Source of the DNA: Candidatus Eiseniibacteriota bacterium
GTDB taxonomy: Bacteria; Eisenbacteria; RBG-16-71-46
DNA length: 64,000 bases
Reading direction: 5' to 3'
Assembly: GCA_963725865.1 (NCBI GenBank)
Contig: CAVSAC010000010.1
Span: 896,001-960,000, forward strand
The notes under the pieces are model-generated. The model worked only from the letters and a program-made list of their open reading frames with translations, did no database searches and was not told the origin of the DNA. Shown here piece by piece: positions 40,267 through 52,014 of the stretch. Made by a program: the position numbers and the translations under genes. Within the stretch, counting starts at the first letter, position 1; each line of letters begins with the position of its first letter.

Positions 40267-41317
40267 GGCTCGCCTCCCGTGCGCGCACCGCTTCGGTGAC
40301 GCGCCGCACCTGATCGCTGTCGCCGAGCCGGCAGCACAGGGTCGCGCCCGCGACGTGCACCACCACCATCTCGCGCAGCCCCATCGCCGCCGCCGTCCCG
40401 CCGTCGCCCACCACCACGCAACCCTCGCAGTCGATCGCCACCGCGTCGCCGAAGCGCACGTTGCCGCGCTCGTCGTGCGGCTGGCGGCGCGCCCACGCGC
40501 TCCACGAACCGAGGTCGTCCCAGTCGAACGACGCCTCCAGCACCAGCACGTTGGGCGCCCGCTCCATCACCGCGTAGTCGACCGAGATCGCCTCGAGCCC
40601 GGGGAACACGCGGTCGAGCGCGCGCTCGAAGCCGGCGTCGCCGCCCTCCCAGCGCATCGCGTCGAGCGGCGCGTGCAGCGCCGGACGCGTCGCCGCGAGC
40701 GCGTCGAGGAACGTGCGCGCCTGCCACACGAAGATGCCCGCGTTCCACGCGTACGTGCCGGAGGCGATCCACGCCTCGGCGTCCGCGCGGGCGGGCTTCT
40801 CGGTGAAGCGCGCGACCCGATGCAGGCGGTCCGCGAGTGACGCGCCGCGCTGGATGTAGCCGAAGTTGGTCTCGGGATGCGTCGGCCGGATGCCGAACGT
40901 GAGCATGACGCGCTCGCGCTCGCAGGTCGCGAATGCGCGCGTGAGGTCGGCCGCGAACGCGGACTCGTCGTCGATGGCGTGGTCGGCCGGCAGCACCGCG
41001 AACGCGGCCTGCGCGGACTCGGCGCGGAACAGCACGGCGGCCGCCCCGATCGCGGCCGCGGTGTTGCGCATCATGGGCTCGCCCAGCACCCGCACGCCCG
41101 GACACTCGCGGCGCACCGCGTCCACCAGGTCGCGCGCGGTCAGGATCACCACGCGCTCGCGCGGCACCACCCGCAGCGCCCGCTCGAGCGTGGCGGCCAG
41201 CAGCGTGCGTCCGCCGGAGGCGAGCGGCAGCAACTGCTTGGGCCGGCCGGGCCGGCTCCAGGGCCAGAACCGCTCGCCGCGGCCGCCGGCGAGGATGAGC
41301 ACGAAGCGATCGGACAT
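40259..41317 (-). CDS. manC: Mannose-1-phosphate guanylyltransferase
   Basis: ILAGGRGERFWP.SR..PKQ, EP..RNTA, PADH, PET.FGYI, F.EKP, WNAGIF, ISVDYAVME, WDDLGSW. Confidence 0.93.
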   Translation of the reverse strand: MSDRFVLILAGGRGERFWPWSRPGRPKQLLPLASGGRTLLAATLERALRVVPRERVVILTARDLVDAVRRECPGVRVLGEPMMRNTAAAIGAAAVLFRAESAQAAFAVLPADHAIDDESAFAADLTRAFATCERERVMLTFGIRPTHPETNFGYIQRGASLADRLHRVARFTEKPARADAEAWIASGTYAWNAGIFVWQARTFLDALAATRPALHAPLDAMRWEGGDAGFERALDRVFPGLEAISVDYAVMERAPNVLVLEASFDWDDLGSWSAWARRQPHDERGNVRFGDAVAIDCEGCVVVGDGGTAAAMGLREMVVVHVAGATLCCRLGDSDQVRRVTEAVRAREASHA

Positions 41318-41480
41318 GCGGGGCTCTCCGGATGGGCGCAAGGGAACGGGGCAGGATAGGCCCGCGGGCGCGCGAGCGGCAAGCCGTGGCTCGGCGCGCG
41401 TGGCTCGGCGCGCGGCCCACCCGATGCGCGCGGCGGCGGAGTCCGCGGGTCCCACCGCCGCGCGCCCCGCGCGGGCGCGG

Positions 41481-42978
41481 CTACTCGAGCAACGCGACCC
41501 GCGCCACTCGCACCGCGGGTCCCTGCGTGAGCCGGATCAGGTAGAGCCCCGGCGCCAGCGCGCGACCCGCGCCCAGCTCCACCGCGTGGCGGCCGGCGCC
41601 CAGGCCGCCCACCTCGCGCGCCGCCACCCGCCGGCCGCTCACGTCCAGCAGCTCCAGCCGCGCGGGCGCTCCGCCCGGCAACGCGAACCACACGCTCAGG
41701 CGTCCGCCCACCGCCGGGTTCGGATGCGGCGGCTCCAGCGCCAGCGCCACCGGTGTCGCACCCGCGACGTCGAGCGGCTCGTCCGTCGACGCGACCGCGT
41801 ACCCGCCCTCGTTGCCGTTCACGTCCACCGCCGAGAGCTTGTACGTGCGCCCCGGCGGGCCCGCGTCCACGTAGCCGGTGTCGCTGCGGGTCGCGATCAG
41901 GTGCCCCGCGTCCGGCACGAACTCGACACTCTCGCCGCGATAGATCCGGTAGTACCAGAAGTCCGGCTCCGCGTTGGCGCCCCAGTGCAGCTGCACCGCG
42001 CCCTCGATGTAGGCCGCCGCGAACGGCGCCGGCTGCGCCGGGGGCAGGTCGTCCTTCGAGTAGCCCGAGTCCGCCGGCGAGTCGTAGTAGACCGCCGGCG
42101 TCGCGGTCGCCGCCCGCACCAAGTAGGTCGCCCGATGGATCCCGGCGCTGTTGGAGTCCGCCAGTGTCGGCACCACGATGCTGTACGACGAATCCGTGTA
42201 CGCCCCCGTCGAGCCCACCGCGTCCCAGCCTGCCAGCTGCGCCACCGCCGGCACGGCGTCGCCGGCGCCGACTGCGGCGCGGGTCAAAGCGATCGCCTCC
42301 GCCGCGCCGTCGCCCGGCGCGGCCGCATCATCCGCGCCGCCGCCACCGCGTCGATGCGCCGGAACACGTCGTAGCGCACGATCGGCGTCGCCGAGCCCGC
42401 CACGTCCAGGTCGCTCGCGCTGAACGTCACCCGCACCTGATGCCCCTGGTCGTGCGCCACGTCGAGGATCGAGACGATCGTCGCGCTTCGCGAGCGCACG
42501 ACCTGCTGGTATGCGGCCGAGGTGCCTGCGACGAACTGATCGTCCCCGCTGTAGGCGGCGGTCACGCCATGCACACCCCCGCTCAGCTGGTTGGTGCTAA
42601 TGCTCAGGGCGGTGCCCTGGGTCATCGACATCGGAGCCCCCAGGGGCGCGCCGTCGACTCTGAACTGGACGGTGCCCGTGGGCGTCCCGGAGCCCGGCGG
42701 AACCGCTGTGACGACCGCGGTGAAGTAGACGGACGTGCCGCTCCAGACCGGGTTCGACGACGAGCGCAGCGTGAACGTGGGCGTGGCCTTGGACACCGTG
42801 AGCGCGACCGTGTCCGAGGTCGAGGGGTGGAAGGCCGCGCTCCCGGTGTACCTCGCGCTCAGCGCGTACACTCCGGGGCGCGCTCCGAGATGGCCACTGT
42901 CGCCACACCCGACACCATCGAGACGGCCGCGGCCTGGAACGAGCCTACGTAGAACTGGACGGTGCCGGTCGCCGTGCT
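41481..42978 (-). pseudogene. 5'-truncated paralog: Ig-like (Big_3) repeats plus C-terminal FlgD-Ig/T9SS-like domain; frameshifts at ~42290 and ~42870
   Basis: Begins mid-Ig domain (PSTATGTVQF..), then SSNPV..TPTGTVQF, DVAHDQGHQVRV, HPNP..DVSGRRVA..PGLYLIRL..VALLE*. Confidence 0.6.
41516..42478. repeat. ~1 kb direct repeat, copy 1
   Basis: Nearly identical to 42979-43949. Confidence 0.9.
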
Positions 42979-43949
42979 CGGGTCCCTGCGTGAGCCGGAT
43001 CAGATAGAGCCCCGGCGCCAGCGCGCGACCCGCGCCCAGCTCACCGCGTGGCGGCCGGCGCCAGGCCGCTCACCTCGCGCGCGCCACCCGCCGGCCGCTC
43101 ACGTCCAGCAGCTCCAGCCGCGCGGGCGAGCTGTTCGGCAGCGCGAACCACACGCTCAGGCGTCCGCCCACCGCCGGGTTCGGACGCGGAGGCTCCAGCG
43201 CCAGCGCCACCGGTGTTCCACCCGCGACGTCGAGCGGTGCCGCGCTCGTCGCAGCGCGTACCCGCCCTCGTTGCCGTTCACGTCCACCGCCGAGAGCTTG
43301 TACGTGCGCCCCGGCGGGCCCGCGTCCACGTAGCCGGTGTCGCTGCGGGTCGCGATCAGGTGTCCCGCATCCGGCACGAACTCGACGCTCTCACCGCGAT
43401 AGATCCGGTAGTACCAGAAGTCCGGCTCCACGTTGGCGCCCCAGTGCAACTGCGCCGCGCCCTCGATGTAGGCCGCCGCGAACGGCGCCGGCTGCGCCGG
43501 CGGCAGGTCGTCCTTCGAGTAGCCCGAGTCCGCCGGCGAGTCGTAGTAGACCGCCGGCGTCGCGGTCGCCGCCCGCACCAAGTAGGTCGCCCGATGGATC
43601 CCGGCGCTGTTGGAGTCCGCCAGGGTCGGCACCACGATGCTGTACGACGCATCCGTGTACGCCCCCGTCGAGCCCACCGCGTCCCAGCCGCCAGCTGCGC
43701 CACCGCCGGTGAGACGCTCTCGCCGTCGGCGACGTGGTGTCGCGTACGTCGCAGCGAGCGCCTCCGCCGCGCCGTCGCCGCCGGCGCGGCTAGCGATCAT
43801 CGCGCGCCGCCGCCACCGCGTCGATGCGCCGGAACACGTCGTAGCGCACGATCGGCGTCGCCGAGCCCGCCACGTCCAGGTCGCTCGCGCTGAACGTCAC
43901 CCGCACCTGATGCCCCTGGTCGTGCGCCACGTCGCAGGATCGAGACGAT
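42979..43949. repeat. ~1 kb direct repeat, copy 2 (many small indels)
   Basis: Nearly identical to 41516-42478. Confidence 0.9.
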
Positions 43950-46226
43950 GAACGGCCGCAGCTCGCGCACCACGTGCACGTACATTGGCGGAGCGCTGCC
44001 GTTGTAATAGAGATCTCCCCCGTAGTTGGCGCCGATGACATGGGCGCCGCGGGTCAGCGCGGCGGTCGTGATCGACGCAACCCTCGAGGAGAGCGGCCTC
44101 GGCGAGCCGAGCGCCACGCCGTCCACCGTGAACTGCACCACCCCCGAGGGCGGGACCGTCGCAGGGGGCACCGCGCTGACGGTCGCGGTGAACGTCACCG
44201 TGGCGCCGAACCCGGAGGGGTTCGGGGACGACGTGACGGCCGTCGTCGTCGCCGCCTTGAAGACGAGGTGTGTGTCCGGAGCCGAGGTCGAGGGCGCGAA
44301 GTTCACGTCGCCGGAGTAGACCGCGATCAGGATGTGAGTGCCTGGGATCAGGGTCGAGATCGACATCGTGGCCACCCCGCTCGTAAGCCCCGCGGTGCCG
44401 AGCGGGGCCGCGCCGTCGAAGAACGCGACCGACCCGCTGGCGCCGATCGGTGCCACGCTCGCGCGCAGGCTCACGGACTGGCCGAAAGTCGACGGCCGGG
44501 GCGTCGACGTGAGAGCGGTCACGGTTCCGGTGGGCGACAGCACCAGGTGGACGAGGACCGTCGAGGTGCTCGAGATGTAGGATCCCGCTCCCAGGTACTT
44601 CGCGGACAGAGAGTGGCCGCCGAGGCTCAGGCTCGACAGCGCAAACGTGGCGACCCCGAGCGACAGCGTCGAGCTGCCGAGCAGCGTGGCGCCGTCCCGG
44701 AACTCGACCGTGCCGCTCGCCGCCGCCGGGCTCACGGTCGCCCGAAGCTCGACAAGCACCCCCAGCCCCGACGGATTCGGCGTGCTGGCCAGTGTGGTTG
44801 TCGTCGTGATCGTGGCGACCGTGTGGGTCAGCGTGGGAGAGGTGCTCGCCTCGTGCGTGACGTCCCCCAGGTACCGCGCGGTCAGCAGGTGTGGGCCGCC
44901 GGTGAGCGCCGCGGTCTGGAACGTGGCGACGCCCGCGCTCAGCGCGGCGCTGCCGAGCGGGTTGCCGTCGGCGAAGAAGCTCACGGTGCCGACCGCATCG
45001 CTCGGTGTCACGGTGGCTGTGAGCGTGACCGTCTGGCCAGGGCTCGAGGGATTCGGCGCCGAGGTCAGCGCGGTGCTGGAGTTGGTCGCGATGAGCAGCG
45101 TGATCGCCGAGAGGCTCGAGGTCGCGACCGCGAGGTCGGGCGGGCCACCCCCAACGAGCTCGCCGACCGCGACGCCGACCGGACCGTTGCCACAGGCGAT
45201 GTCGCTCCGGGCCCCGAATCCGCCGTTCCCGTCGCCGGGCAGCACCGTGATCGTCCCCGCCGTCGCGTTCGCGACCGCGAGGTCAAGCGTGCCGTTGCCG
45301 TCGACGTCCGCGATCGCGACGGCCGCCGCGCCGGCACCGGCCGCGAGATCAGCATGCGGTGTGAAGCCGCCCGCGCCGTTGCCGAGCAGCACCGAGACCG
45401 TGCCGGCGACCGAGTTCGCGGTCACCAGGTCGAGCGTGCCGTTGCGATCGAGGTCTGCGCCGGCGATCGCGGCCGGCCCCGCGCCGACCTCGAGCTGATC
45501 CCAGTACTCGAATCGTCCGGTGGGCAGGCCGATGAGGATGGTGATCGAATTGGAGGTCCGGTCGGAGACGGCGAGGTCCGCGCGGCCGTCGCCGTCGAGG
45601 TCGCCGAGCACCACGCCGGTCGGAAGCACCGCGGTCGAATAGCTGACCTTCGTGCCGAATCCCCCGCTGCCGTTGCCCGGGAGCACCGAGACCAGGTTGG
45701 TCGCCGAATTCGTGACCACGAGGTCCCGCTTGCCGTCGCCGGTCGCGTCGCCGACCGCGATCGCGGAGGGACCCGCCCCGGCCGCGAAGTCGCTCCGAGT
45801 GGCGAACGTCCCGTCGCCATTGCCGAGCCACACCGACACCCACAGCGGAGTGCACGCCACTTCCAGATCCAGCTTGCCATCGGCGTTCACGTCGGCGATC
45901 GCGAGCGCGGTCGGCGGACCCGCCACTGCGAGGTCGAGCCGCGTGCCGAACGTGCCGTCGCCGAGCCCGAGGAACACGCTGACCAGGTTGGGATTGGTGC
46001 CCGCCGCGACGAGGTCGGTCCGGCCGTCACCATCGAGGTCGGCGAGCGCGATCGCGGACGGATGTCCGCCGATCGCGAGCGGGCGAGGGTCGTAACCAAG
46101 TTGTGCCGCGGCGGTCAGCGGCGCGAGGACGGCGAGCAGGCCCACGAGGGCGGTCCAACGGAGCGCGTGACGCGCGGCGCCGACCGTGACGGGGCGGGTG
46201 GAAGCAGGTCGGGCTGCCGGGAACAT
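42979..46226 (-). CDS. Secreted FG-GAP/VCBS beta-propeller + four Big_3 Ig repeats + FlgD-Ig/T9SS-like domain (adhesin-like); 3' part frameshifted, last codons missing
   Basis: ATG 46226 after GGAGGAG; signal peptide ..AAA|QL; seven D.DGDG..DL-type repeats; four T.LTS.PNPS..V.F.DG..LG repeats. Confidence 0.75.
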
Positions 46227-46371
46227 CGCTCCTCCACTGCGCGAGGGAGGCATCGGGCGAGTGCGGTCCAGGCGGTTCCCGACCGCCGGCTCACCGGACG
46301 CGCATGGAGTATAGGCGCGTCGCGGCGCTGCCTCCAACGCGTGAGGGTCGCGCGCGGGCGGCCCCGCTCGG

Positions 46372-47473
46372 TCAGCGCGCGCGCTCGAGCAGCCCGCGAT
46401 AGACCGTCTCGGTGTTCTCGGTGACGCGCTCCCACGAGTAGTTCTGCAGGATGTGGCCGCGCGCCTTGCTCTCGTAGTGACGCACCAGCTCGGGCTCGTG
46501 GATGAGCTGCGCGAGCTTCTCCCGCAGGTCGTCCACGTCCTTGGTGCGGAACGAAGGAGCGACCTCCTCGGCGACCTCGCGGTTCTCGGGGATGTCCGAG
46601 ATCAGAACGCAGCGGCCGTACGAGAGCGCCTCGAGCAGCGCGATCGAGAGCCCCTCCATCGTGGAGGGCTGCACCACCACGTACGCGTTGCTCCACAGCT
46701 CCTCGAGGCCCTCGCCGAACACGTAGTCGAGCAGCTTGATGCGCGGGCCCTCGTAGCGGCGCAGCATCGCGACGTAGTCCTGCGAGAACGACATGCCGCC
46801 GACCAGCGCCAGCGTCATGTCGGTGTCGATGCGCTGGAACGCCTCGCACAGGTAGTGCACGCCCTTCTCGGGCACCAGCCGCCCCACGAACAGGATGTAC
46901 TTCCCGGGCACCAGTCCCTGCTGGAGGATCTTCTTCGCGACCCGCGGCTGCGGCAGCGTGGTGCCGTTCGGGATGAAGACCGTCTCGCGATGGTGGTGGT
47001 CGCGGAAGTAGTCGCGCAGCGTCTTGGACACCACGATGGTGCGGTCGGGGAACTTCACCGCCGGCCCCTCGCACTGGCGCAGCACCCATTGCGCCGCGCG
47101 CCCCCACTTCTCGCGCTGCCAGTCGAGCCCGTGCACGGTCACCACCGTCTTCGCTCCCACCAGGCGCGGTAGCCCGGCGAACAGCGAGGGGCCGAGCGCG
47201 TGGAAGTGCACGATTTCGAAGCGGCGCGCCATCGCCTCGAGCGTGCTCCAGGCGACGTGCGTGGCGGTATCGAAGTGCTTGGTGCGCAGGCTCGGGCGCC
47301 GCAGCAGGTGAACGCCCGGCATGCTGGGCGTCGGCCGCGGTGTAGTGCAGGCGGCAGAACACGGACACGTCGTGGCCGCGCGCCGCCAGCCGGCGCGCGA
47401 TCTCCTCGACGTGGCGCTCGATGCCGCCGTAGGTCGCGGGCACGCCCTTCTGGCCGATCATTGCGATCCTCAT
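46372..47473 (-). CDS. Glycosyltransferase family 4; frameshift at ~47316
   Basis: MRIAMIGQKGVPATYGGIE, HGLDWQREKW, FVGRLVPEKG, EGLSIALLEA. Confidence 0.88.
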
Positions 47474-48666
47474 GCCCGCACTCCCTTCCGGTCCCGGTCC
47501 GGCGCGCGATCCCCGGCGCGTGCCGCGAGCGCGTCGCCCAGCCGCGCCCCGATGGTACCCCACGCGAACTCCGCCACCGCCGCGGGGAGCGACTCGCCGC
47601 GCGCATGCCAGCCCGCGGGACGCGCCCGCAGAGCCTCCGCCGTGCGGTCGCGCTCGGCCAGCGTGAGCCACGGCCGCAGCGTCGGGAAGCCGCGCGCACC
47701 GAACCCGGTGGTGACCACCGCGAGGCCGGCGGCGAGGTAGGTCGGCAGCTTCACGTTGCTGCCGCCGCCGTGGACCACCGGGTTGAGCCCGGCGTCCGCC
47801 GCGTGCAGCACCGGAGCGAGGTCCGCCAGCTCCGGCACCACGGTCAGCCACGGCGCGGGCGCGATCGCCGCGCCGCGGGTGACCGTGCCGGCGATCAGCA
47901 GGCGCACGCCGGCGTCCGCCAGCGCGGGCCCGACCTGGTCCACCAGGAACCCGAGCGCCTCGCGGTTGTGCGGGGCGTCGGAGCCCACGAACAGCCCGAC
48001 GTAGTCGTCGTCGGCGAATCCCAGCCGCCCGCGCGCCGCGCGGCGCTCGGTCGCCGACGGCGGGCGCACCGCGGTCTCGTCGTAGCCGTTCGGCGCCACG
48101 TGCAGCCGTGCGGGGTCGGCGCCGTACAGCGCGCGCATGCGCGCGGCGTCCTCGTCGGAGCACACCACGGTCAGGTCGGCGCGCTCCACCGCGCGCGCCT
48201 CCGCGGCGCGCACCCGCTGGCGCCAGCCGCCGGCCCCCAGCACGTGCGCACCGGTGGTGGTGAAGTGGTCGTACTCCACGTTGTGCGAGGTGTACACCTT
48301 GAGCGGCGCCGCGCTCGCCGCCAGCAGCCCGCTGAGCGGCAGGTCGGCGCACAGCGCGTCGGGCGTGCCCGGCAGCGCCGCGAGCAGGCCGCGCGCGGCG
48401 GCGGTGTGCCAGCCGTACGCCACCGACAGCGGCGCCAGGTGGAGGCGCTCGAGGCGCCACGCCAGGCTCGTGTACCACGCCTTGCGGCGCACCAGCGTGA
48501 CGCCGTCGACCACCTGCTCGCGGGCCCCGGTGGTGCGGTTCGGGACCACGCACAGCAGGCGCACGTCGTGTCCGCGCGCGAGGCCGCGCACCAGGCCGAA
48601 CGTGCGCTGGGTGCCGCCGAAGCGCGGCGGGTGCACGTCGTTGTCGGTCGCGGCGTGGATCACCAT
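47470..48666 (-). CDS. Glycosyltransferase family 4
   Basis: PPRFGG..R, HNVE, VAPNG, FVGS..PHN, GGGSNVKL..Y.AAG..VVTT..GARG. Confidence 0.85.
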   Translation of the reverse strand: MVIHAATDNDVHPPRFGGTQRTFGLVRGLARGHDVRLLCVVPNRTTGAREQVVDGVTLVRRKAWYTSLAWRLERLHLAPLSVAYGWHTAAARGLLAALPGTPDALCADLPLSGLLAASAAPLKVYTSHNVEYDHFTTTGAHVLGAGGWRQRVRAAEARAVERADLTVVCSDEDAARMRALYGADPARLHVAPNGYDETAVRPPSATERRAARGRLGFADDDYVGLFVGSDAPHNREALGFLVDQVGPALADAGVRLLIAGTVTRGAAIAPAPWLTVVPELADLAPVLHAADAGLNPVVHGGGSNVKLPTYLAAGLAVVTTGFGARGFPTLRPWLTLAERDRTAEALRARPAGWHARGESLPAAVAEFAWGTIGARLGDALAARAGDRAPDRDRKGVRA

Positions 48667-49646
48667 CGCGCCCCTCCCGCCGCGGCGGGCGCCGGGAACC
48701 GACGGCGCACGCGGAAGAAGCCCACGAGCAGCCCGGCGCCGAGCAGCGTCCAGCTCAGCAGCGCGTGCAGTCCCAGTCGCGCGCTGCGTTTGCGCACGCT
48801 CATCAGCGCCCACACCGCGAGCGGCAGCAGCGCCCACGCCAGCAGCGGCCGCGCGTCGCGCGCCGCCGCCGCCAGCGCCGCGGCCGGCAGCGCGAGCGCC
48901 CACAGAGCGAGCGTCGCCAGGTACAGCGCCTGGCGGCGGAGCAGGGTGCCGAAGCCCGGGCGCGCGAAATAGACGCGCAGCACCTGACCCTGGCCGAAGC
49001 ACAGGCCGGTGCGCCAGCGGCGGCCGAGCTCGCCGAACGAAGGCCGTGGAGCGCTCCAGTGCCGCGCGGCGAGCGGGGCGATCGCCCGCAGCGCCAGCCC
49101 GGCGCGCGCGAAGCGCAGCCCGAGCTCGAAGTCCTCTTCGGAGTTCAGCCGCGCATCGTAGCCGCCGACCGCCAGCAGCGCGTCGCGGCGATAGAACGAG
49201 AGCGTGGCCGTGTACGCGGACGCGTGGTCGTCGTCGCCCACGCGGTACAGATCGCGCAGGCCCCGCCGCTCGCCGTCGCCGTCCACGAACCACTCCTCGA
49301 TCCGTCCCCACAGCCCACCGAGCGCCGGCTCGCCGGCGATCACCTCGAGCGCGCGCGCGAGCCACGGCGCCTCGACCTCCACGTCGGCGTCGGCGAACAG
49401 CACCCAGTCCGCGACGCACGCCGAGACGCCGAGCATGCGGGCGGCGCCCGGCGTCAGCGGCTCGCCGACCGGCGGCGCCAGCACCTGCCAGCGCGGCGAC
49501 AGCGCGGGCAGCGGGGCGTGATCCGGAGCCGCCAGCACCAGCACGCCGCTCCACTCGCGGCCGGCCATCGCACGCTCGATGGCGTCCATCGTGCGGGGCA
49601 GGAAGCGCTCCTGCCGGTAGCACGGGATCACCACGCCAAGTCTCAC
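48660..49646 (-). CDS. Glycosyltransferase family 2 with C-terminal TM helices
   Basis: VVIPCY, GAAR, LFADAD, GGYD..EEDFELG.R. Confidence 0.85.
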   Translation of the reverse strand: MRLGVVIPCYRQERFLPRTMDAIERAMAGREWSGVLVLAAPDHAPLPALSPRWQVLAPPVGEPLTPGAARMLGVSACVADWVLFADADVEVEAPWLARALEVIAGEPALGGLWGRIEEWFVDGDGERRGLRDLYRVGDDDHASAYTATLSFYRRDALLAVGGYDARLNSEEDFELGLRFARAGLALRAIAPLAARHWSAPRPSFGELGRRWRTGLCFGQGQVLRVYFARPGFGTLLRRQALYLATLALWALALPAAALAAAARDARPLLAWALLPLAVWALMSVRKRSARLGLHALLSWTLLGAGLLVGFFRVRRRFPAPAAAGGARW

Positions 49647-50824
49647 GCCTGGCTCCGTTCGGCCCCGGCGCCCGCGAACGTGGCGAGCCCCAGCACCTCG
49701 TCGTACACCGCCTCGAACCGCTCGACCACCCGCGTCCAGGTGAAGTGCTCGCGCACGTGCCGCGCCCCCTCGCGTCCCAGCCGGGTCGCGGCGTCGGGGC
49801 GGCGATGGAACGTCTCGAGCGCGTCGGCGAGCGCGCGCGCGTCGCCCGCCGGCACCAGCCGGCCGTGCACGCCGTCCTCGATCACTTCGGGCACGCCCCC
49901 CACGGCGCTCGCGATCGTGGGCCGCGCGCGCGCCAGCGCCTCGAGCAGCGTGAGCGGCAGGCCCTCCCAGCGCGACGGCAGCACCACCGCGTCGGCCGCC
50001 GTCAGCAGCGGACCGATGTCGTCGACCTGGCCGAGGAACCGCACGCGCGGCGCGAGCCCGAGCGACTGCGCCTGGGCTTCGAGCGCGGTGCGGCGGCTGC
50101 CCTCGCCGGCGAACGCGACCGTGAACTCGAGGCCGCGCCGTTGCAGGTCGGCGAGTGCCTCGAGCAGCACGTCGTGGCCCTTCTGCTCCTCGAGCCGCGC
50201 CGCGCACACCCACAGCGGGCGCAACGGCCCGGCGCCGAGCTGCTCGCGGAGCGCGCGCGCCGGGATCCACTCCGCTTCCTCGTCGGGCAGATCGGCGCCG
50301 TTCGGGACCACGCGGATCCGCCCGCGCGCGAGGCCGTAGTCGCGCACCAGCGTCTCGGCCACCGCGCCGCACACGGCAGTCACCGCGCCGGCGCGCTCCA
50401 GCTCGCGGCGCTTGAGCGCCACCTGGCTCGCGGAGTGCGAGGTGCCGGTGATGTGTTCCGTGACGACCAGGTGCGGCACCCCCGCCAGGTCGGCGAGCGA
50501 GGCGAGGTAGCGGTCGGCCGCGGGCCAGACGTGATGCACGTGCAGCAACCGCGGCCCGCCGCGTCGCAGCCGCAGCCAGGTCGCGAACATCCCCTTCCAG
50601 TCCCAGCGCGAGTCCACTTCGGCCACGCGGTCGACCGGGACGTCGCGCGCCTCCAGCGCGCGCGCCAGCTCGTCGACGCCGGGCGCGGTCGCGAGCCACA
50701 CGCGCACGTCGAAGCGGGCGCGCGGCAGGCGCGTGGCGAGCTCCCAGACGACGCGCTCGGTGCCGCCCACCGTGGTGCCGCTCTCGGCGAGCACCAGGCT
50801 CACCCGGTCTTCGGAGGTCCGCAT
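49643..50824 (-). CDS. Glycosyltransferase family 4
   Basis: GGTER, VVPNG, ARL..QKG, PSRWEGLP..LLEA, VGGVPE. Confidence 0.9.
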   Translation of the reverse strand: MRTSEDRVSLVLAESGTTVGGTERVVWELATRLPRARFDVRVWLATAPGVDELARALEARDVPVDRVAEVDSRWDWKGMFATWLRLRRGGPRLLHVHHVWPAADRYLASLADLAGVPHLVVTEHITGTSHSASQVALKRRELERAGAVTAVCGAVAETLVRDYGLARGRIRVVPNGADLPDEEAEWIPARALREQLGAGPLRPLWVCAARLEEQKGHDVLLEALADLQRRGLEFTVAFAGEGSRRTALEAQAQSLGLAPRVRFLGQVDDIGPLLTAADAVVLPSRWEGLPLTLLEALARARPTIASAVGGVPEVIEDGVHGRLVPAGDARALADALETFHRRPDAATRLGREGARHVREHFTWTRVVERFEAVYDEVLGLATFAGAGAERSQA

Positions 50825-52014
50825 AGCCGGTCGTACGCCTGGAGCAGCTCGCCGCGGCTGAACTCCCACGCCATCTTCTCGAGGAAGCGCGCCCGGTTGT
50901 AGGCGCCCATGCGGGCGCGGCGGTCGGGATCGTCGAGCAGCTCGAGCGTGCGCTCGGCGAGCTCGTCCTCGCGGTTGGGGCTCGCGTAGAGCGCACCTTC
51001 GCCCGCCGAGAAGCGGTGCTCGCGCAGGTCGTAGCAGACGATCGGCCGCGCGCACGCCATGTACTCGAGGATCTTGTTCATGGTCGAGACGTCATTGAGC
51101 GGATTGAGCGGGTCCGGCGACACACACACGTCGGCGGTGACGAGCACGCGTTCGACGTCCTCGTCGGAGATGCGGCCCGTGAACTCGACGTAGGACTCGA
51201 GGCCGAGCTCGCGCGCGAGCCGTCGCAGCTCCTCGAACGAGTCGCCGGCGCCCACCAGGGTGAAGGACACGTCCGTGCGTCCGCGCGTGTGCACGATGTG
51301 TTGGGCCGCCCGCAACAGGTGGTCGACGCCGTCCTGCGGGGCCATCACGCCCAGGTAGGCCACCAGGAAGCGCCGCCCGCGCTTGAGCTCCGGATCGGGA
51401 TGGCGCTCGGTCGCGAAGCGTTCGCGGCTGGGCCCGCTGCGCACGACCACGACGCGCTCGGGCGGCACGTGCCCCCGCGTCAGCGCGACCTGCCGGTAGG
51501 ACTCGTTGGTGGAGATGACCAGGTCGGCGGTCGCGAACTGCGCCCGCTCCAGCAGCCGCAGCGCGCGGTGGAGGCCGTCCCCCTCCCGCCCGGGGCCGAA
51601 GCGCGCCACGTAGAGTTCCGGGCAGAGGTCGTGGTGGTCGAACACGAAGCGCGTGCCGAACGGCTTGAACAGCGCCGCAATCGCCCAGAACGTGTCGGGC
51701 GGATTCGCGGCGTGGATGACGTCGAATCCGCGCCGCGCGCGCACCACGAACGTCAGGCGCAGCGTCTGCAGCCAGCAGTAGAGGAACTCCCAGGCGTAGG
51801 ACAGGAAGCCGTGCGTGGGCGGCGGCGGCGGATAGCGCCAGATGTGGATGCCGTCGATGACCTCGTGGGACCGGGTCCACTCCTCGCCCATCGGGCAGAT
51901 CGCGGACACCTCGAAGCCGCCCGCGCGCAGCGCGTTCAACTCCATCCACACGCGGCGGTCGAACGGCAGCGGCAGGTTCTCGGAGAGGTGAAGGACCCTA
52001 CCACGCGAGGCCAT
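50800..52014 (-). CDS. Glycosyltransferase family 4 (WbuB-like)
   Basis: ENLPLPFDRRVW.E, HAANPPD, FDHHDLCPELY, YLGVM.PQDG.D, STMNKILEYMA. Confidence 0.9.
   Translation of the reverse strand: MASRGRVLHLSENLPLPFDRRVWMELNALRAGGFEVSAICPMGEEWTRSHEVIDGIHIWRYPPPPPTHGFLSYAWEFLYCWLQTLRLTFVVRARRGFDVIHAANPPDTFWAIAALFKPFGTRFVFDHHDLCPELYVARFGPGREGDGLHRALRLLERAQFATADLVISTNESYRQVALTRGHVPPERVVVVRSGPSRERFATERHPDPELKRGRRFLVAYLGVMAPQDGVDHLLRAAQHIVHTRGRTDVSFTLVGAGDSFEELRRLARELGLESYVEFTGRISDEDVERVLVTADVCVSPDPLNPLNDVSTMNKILEYMACARPIVCYDLREHRFSAGEGALYASPNREDELAERTLELLDDPDRRARMGAYNRARFLEKMAWEFSRGELLQAYDRLCGPPKTG

Noticed and set aside
41385..41412. 14-bp tandem repeat CGTGGCTCGGCGCG x2
   Set aside because: Only two copies in GC-rich intergenic DNA; no evidence of function
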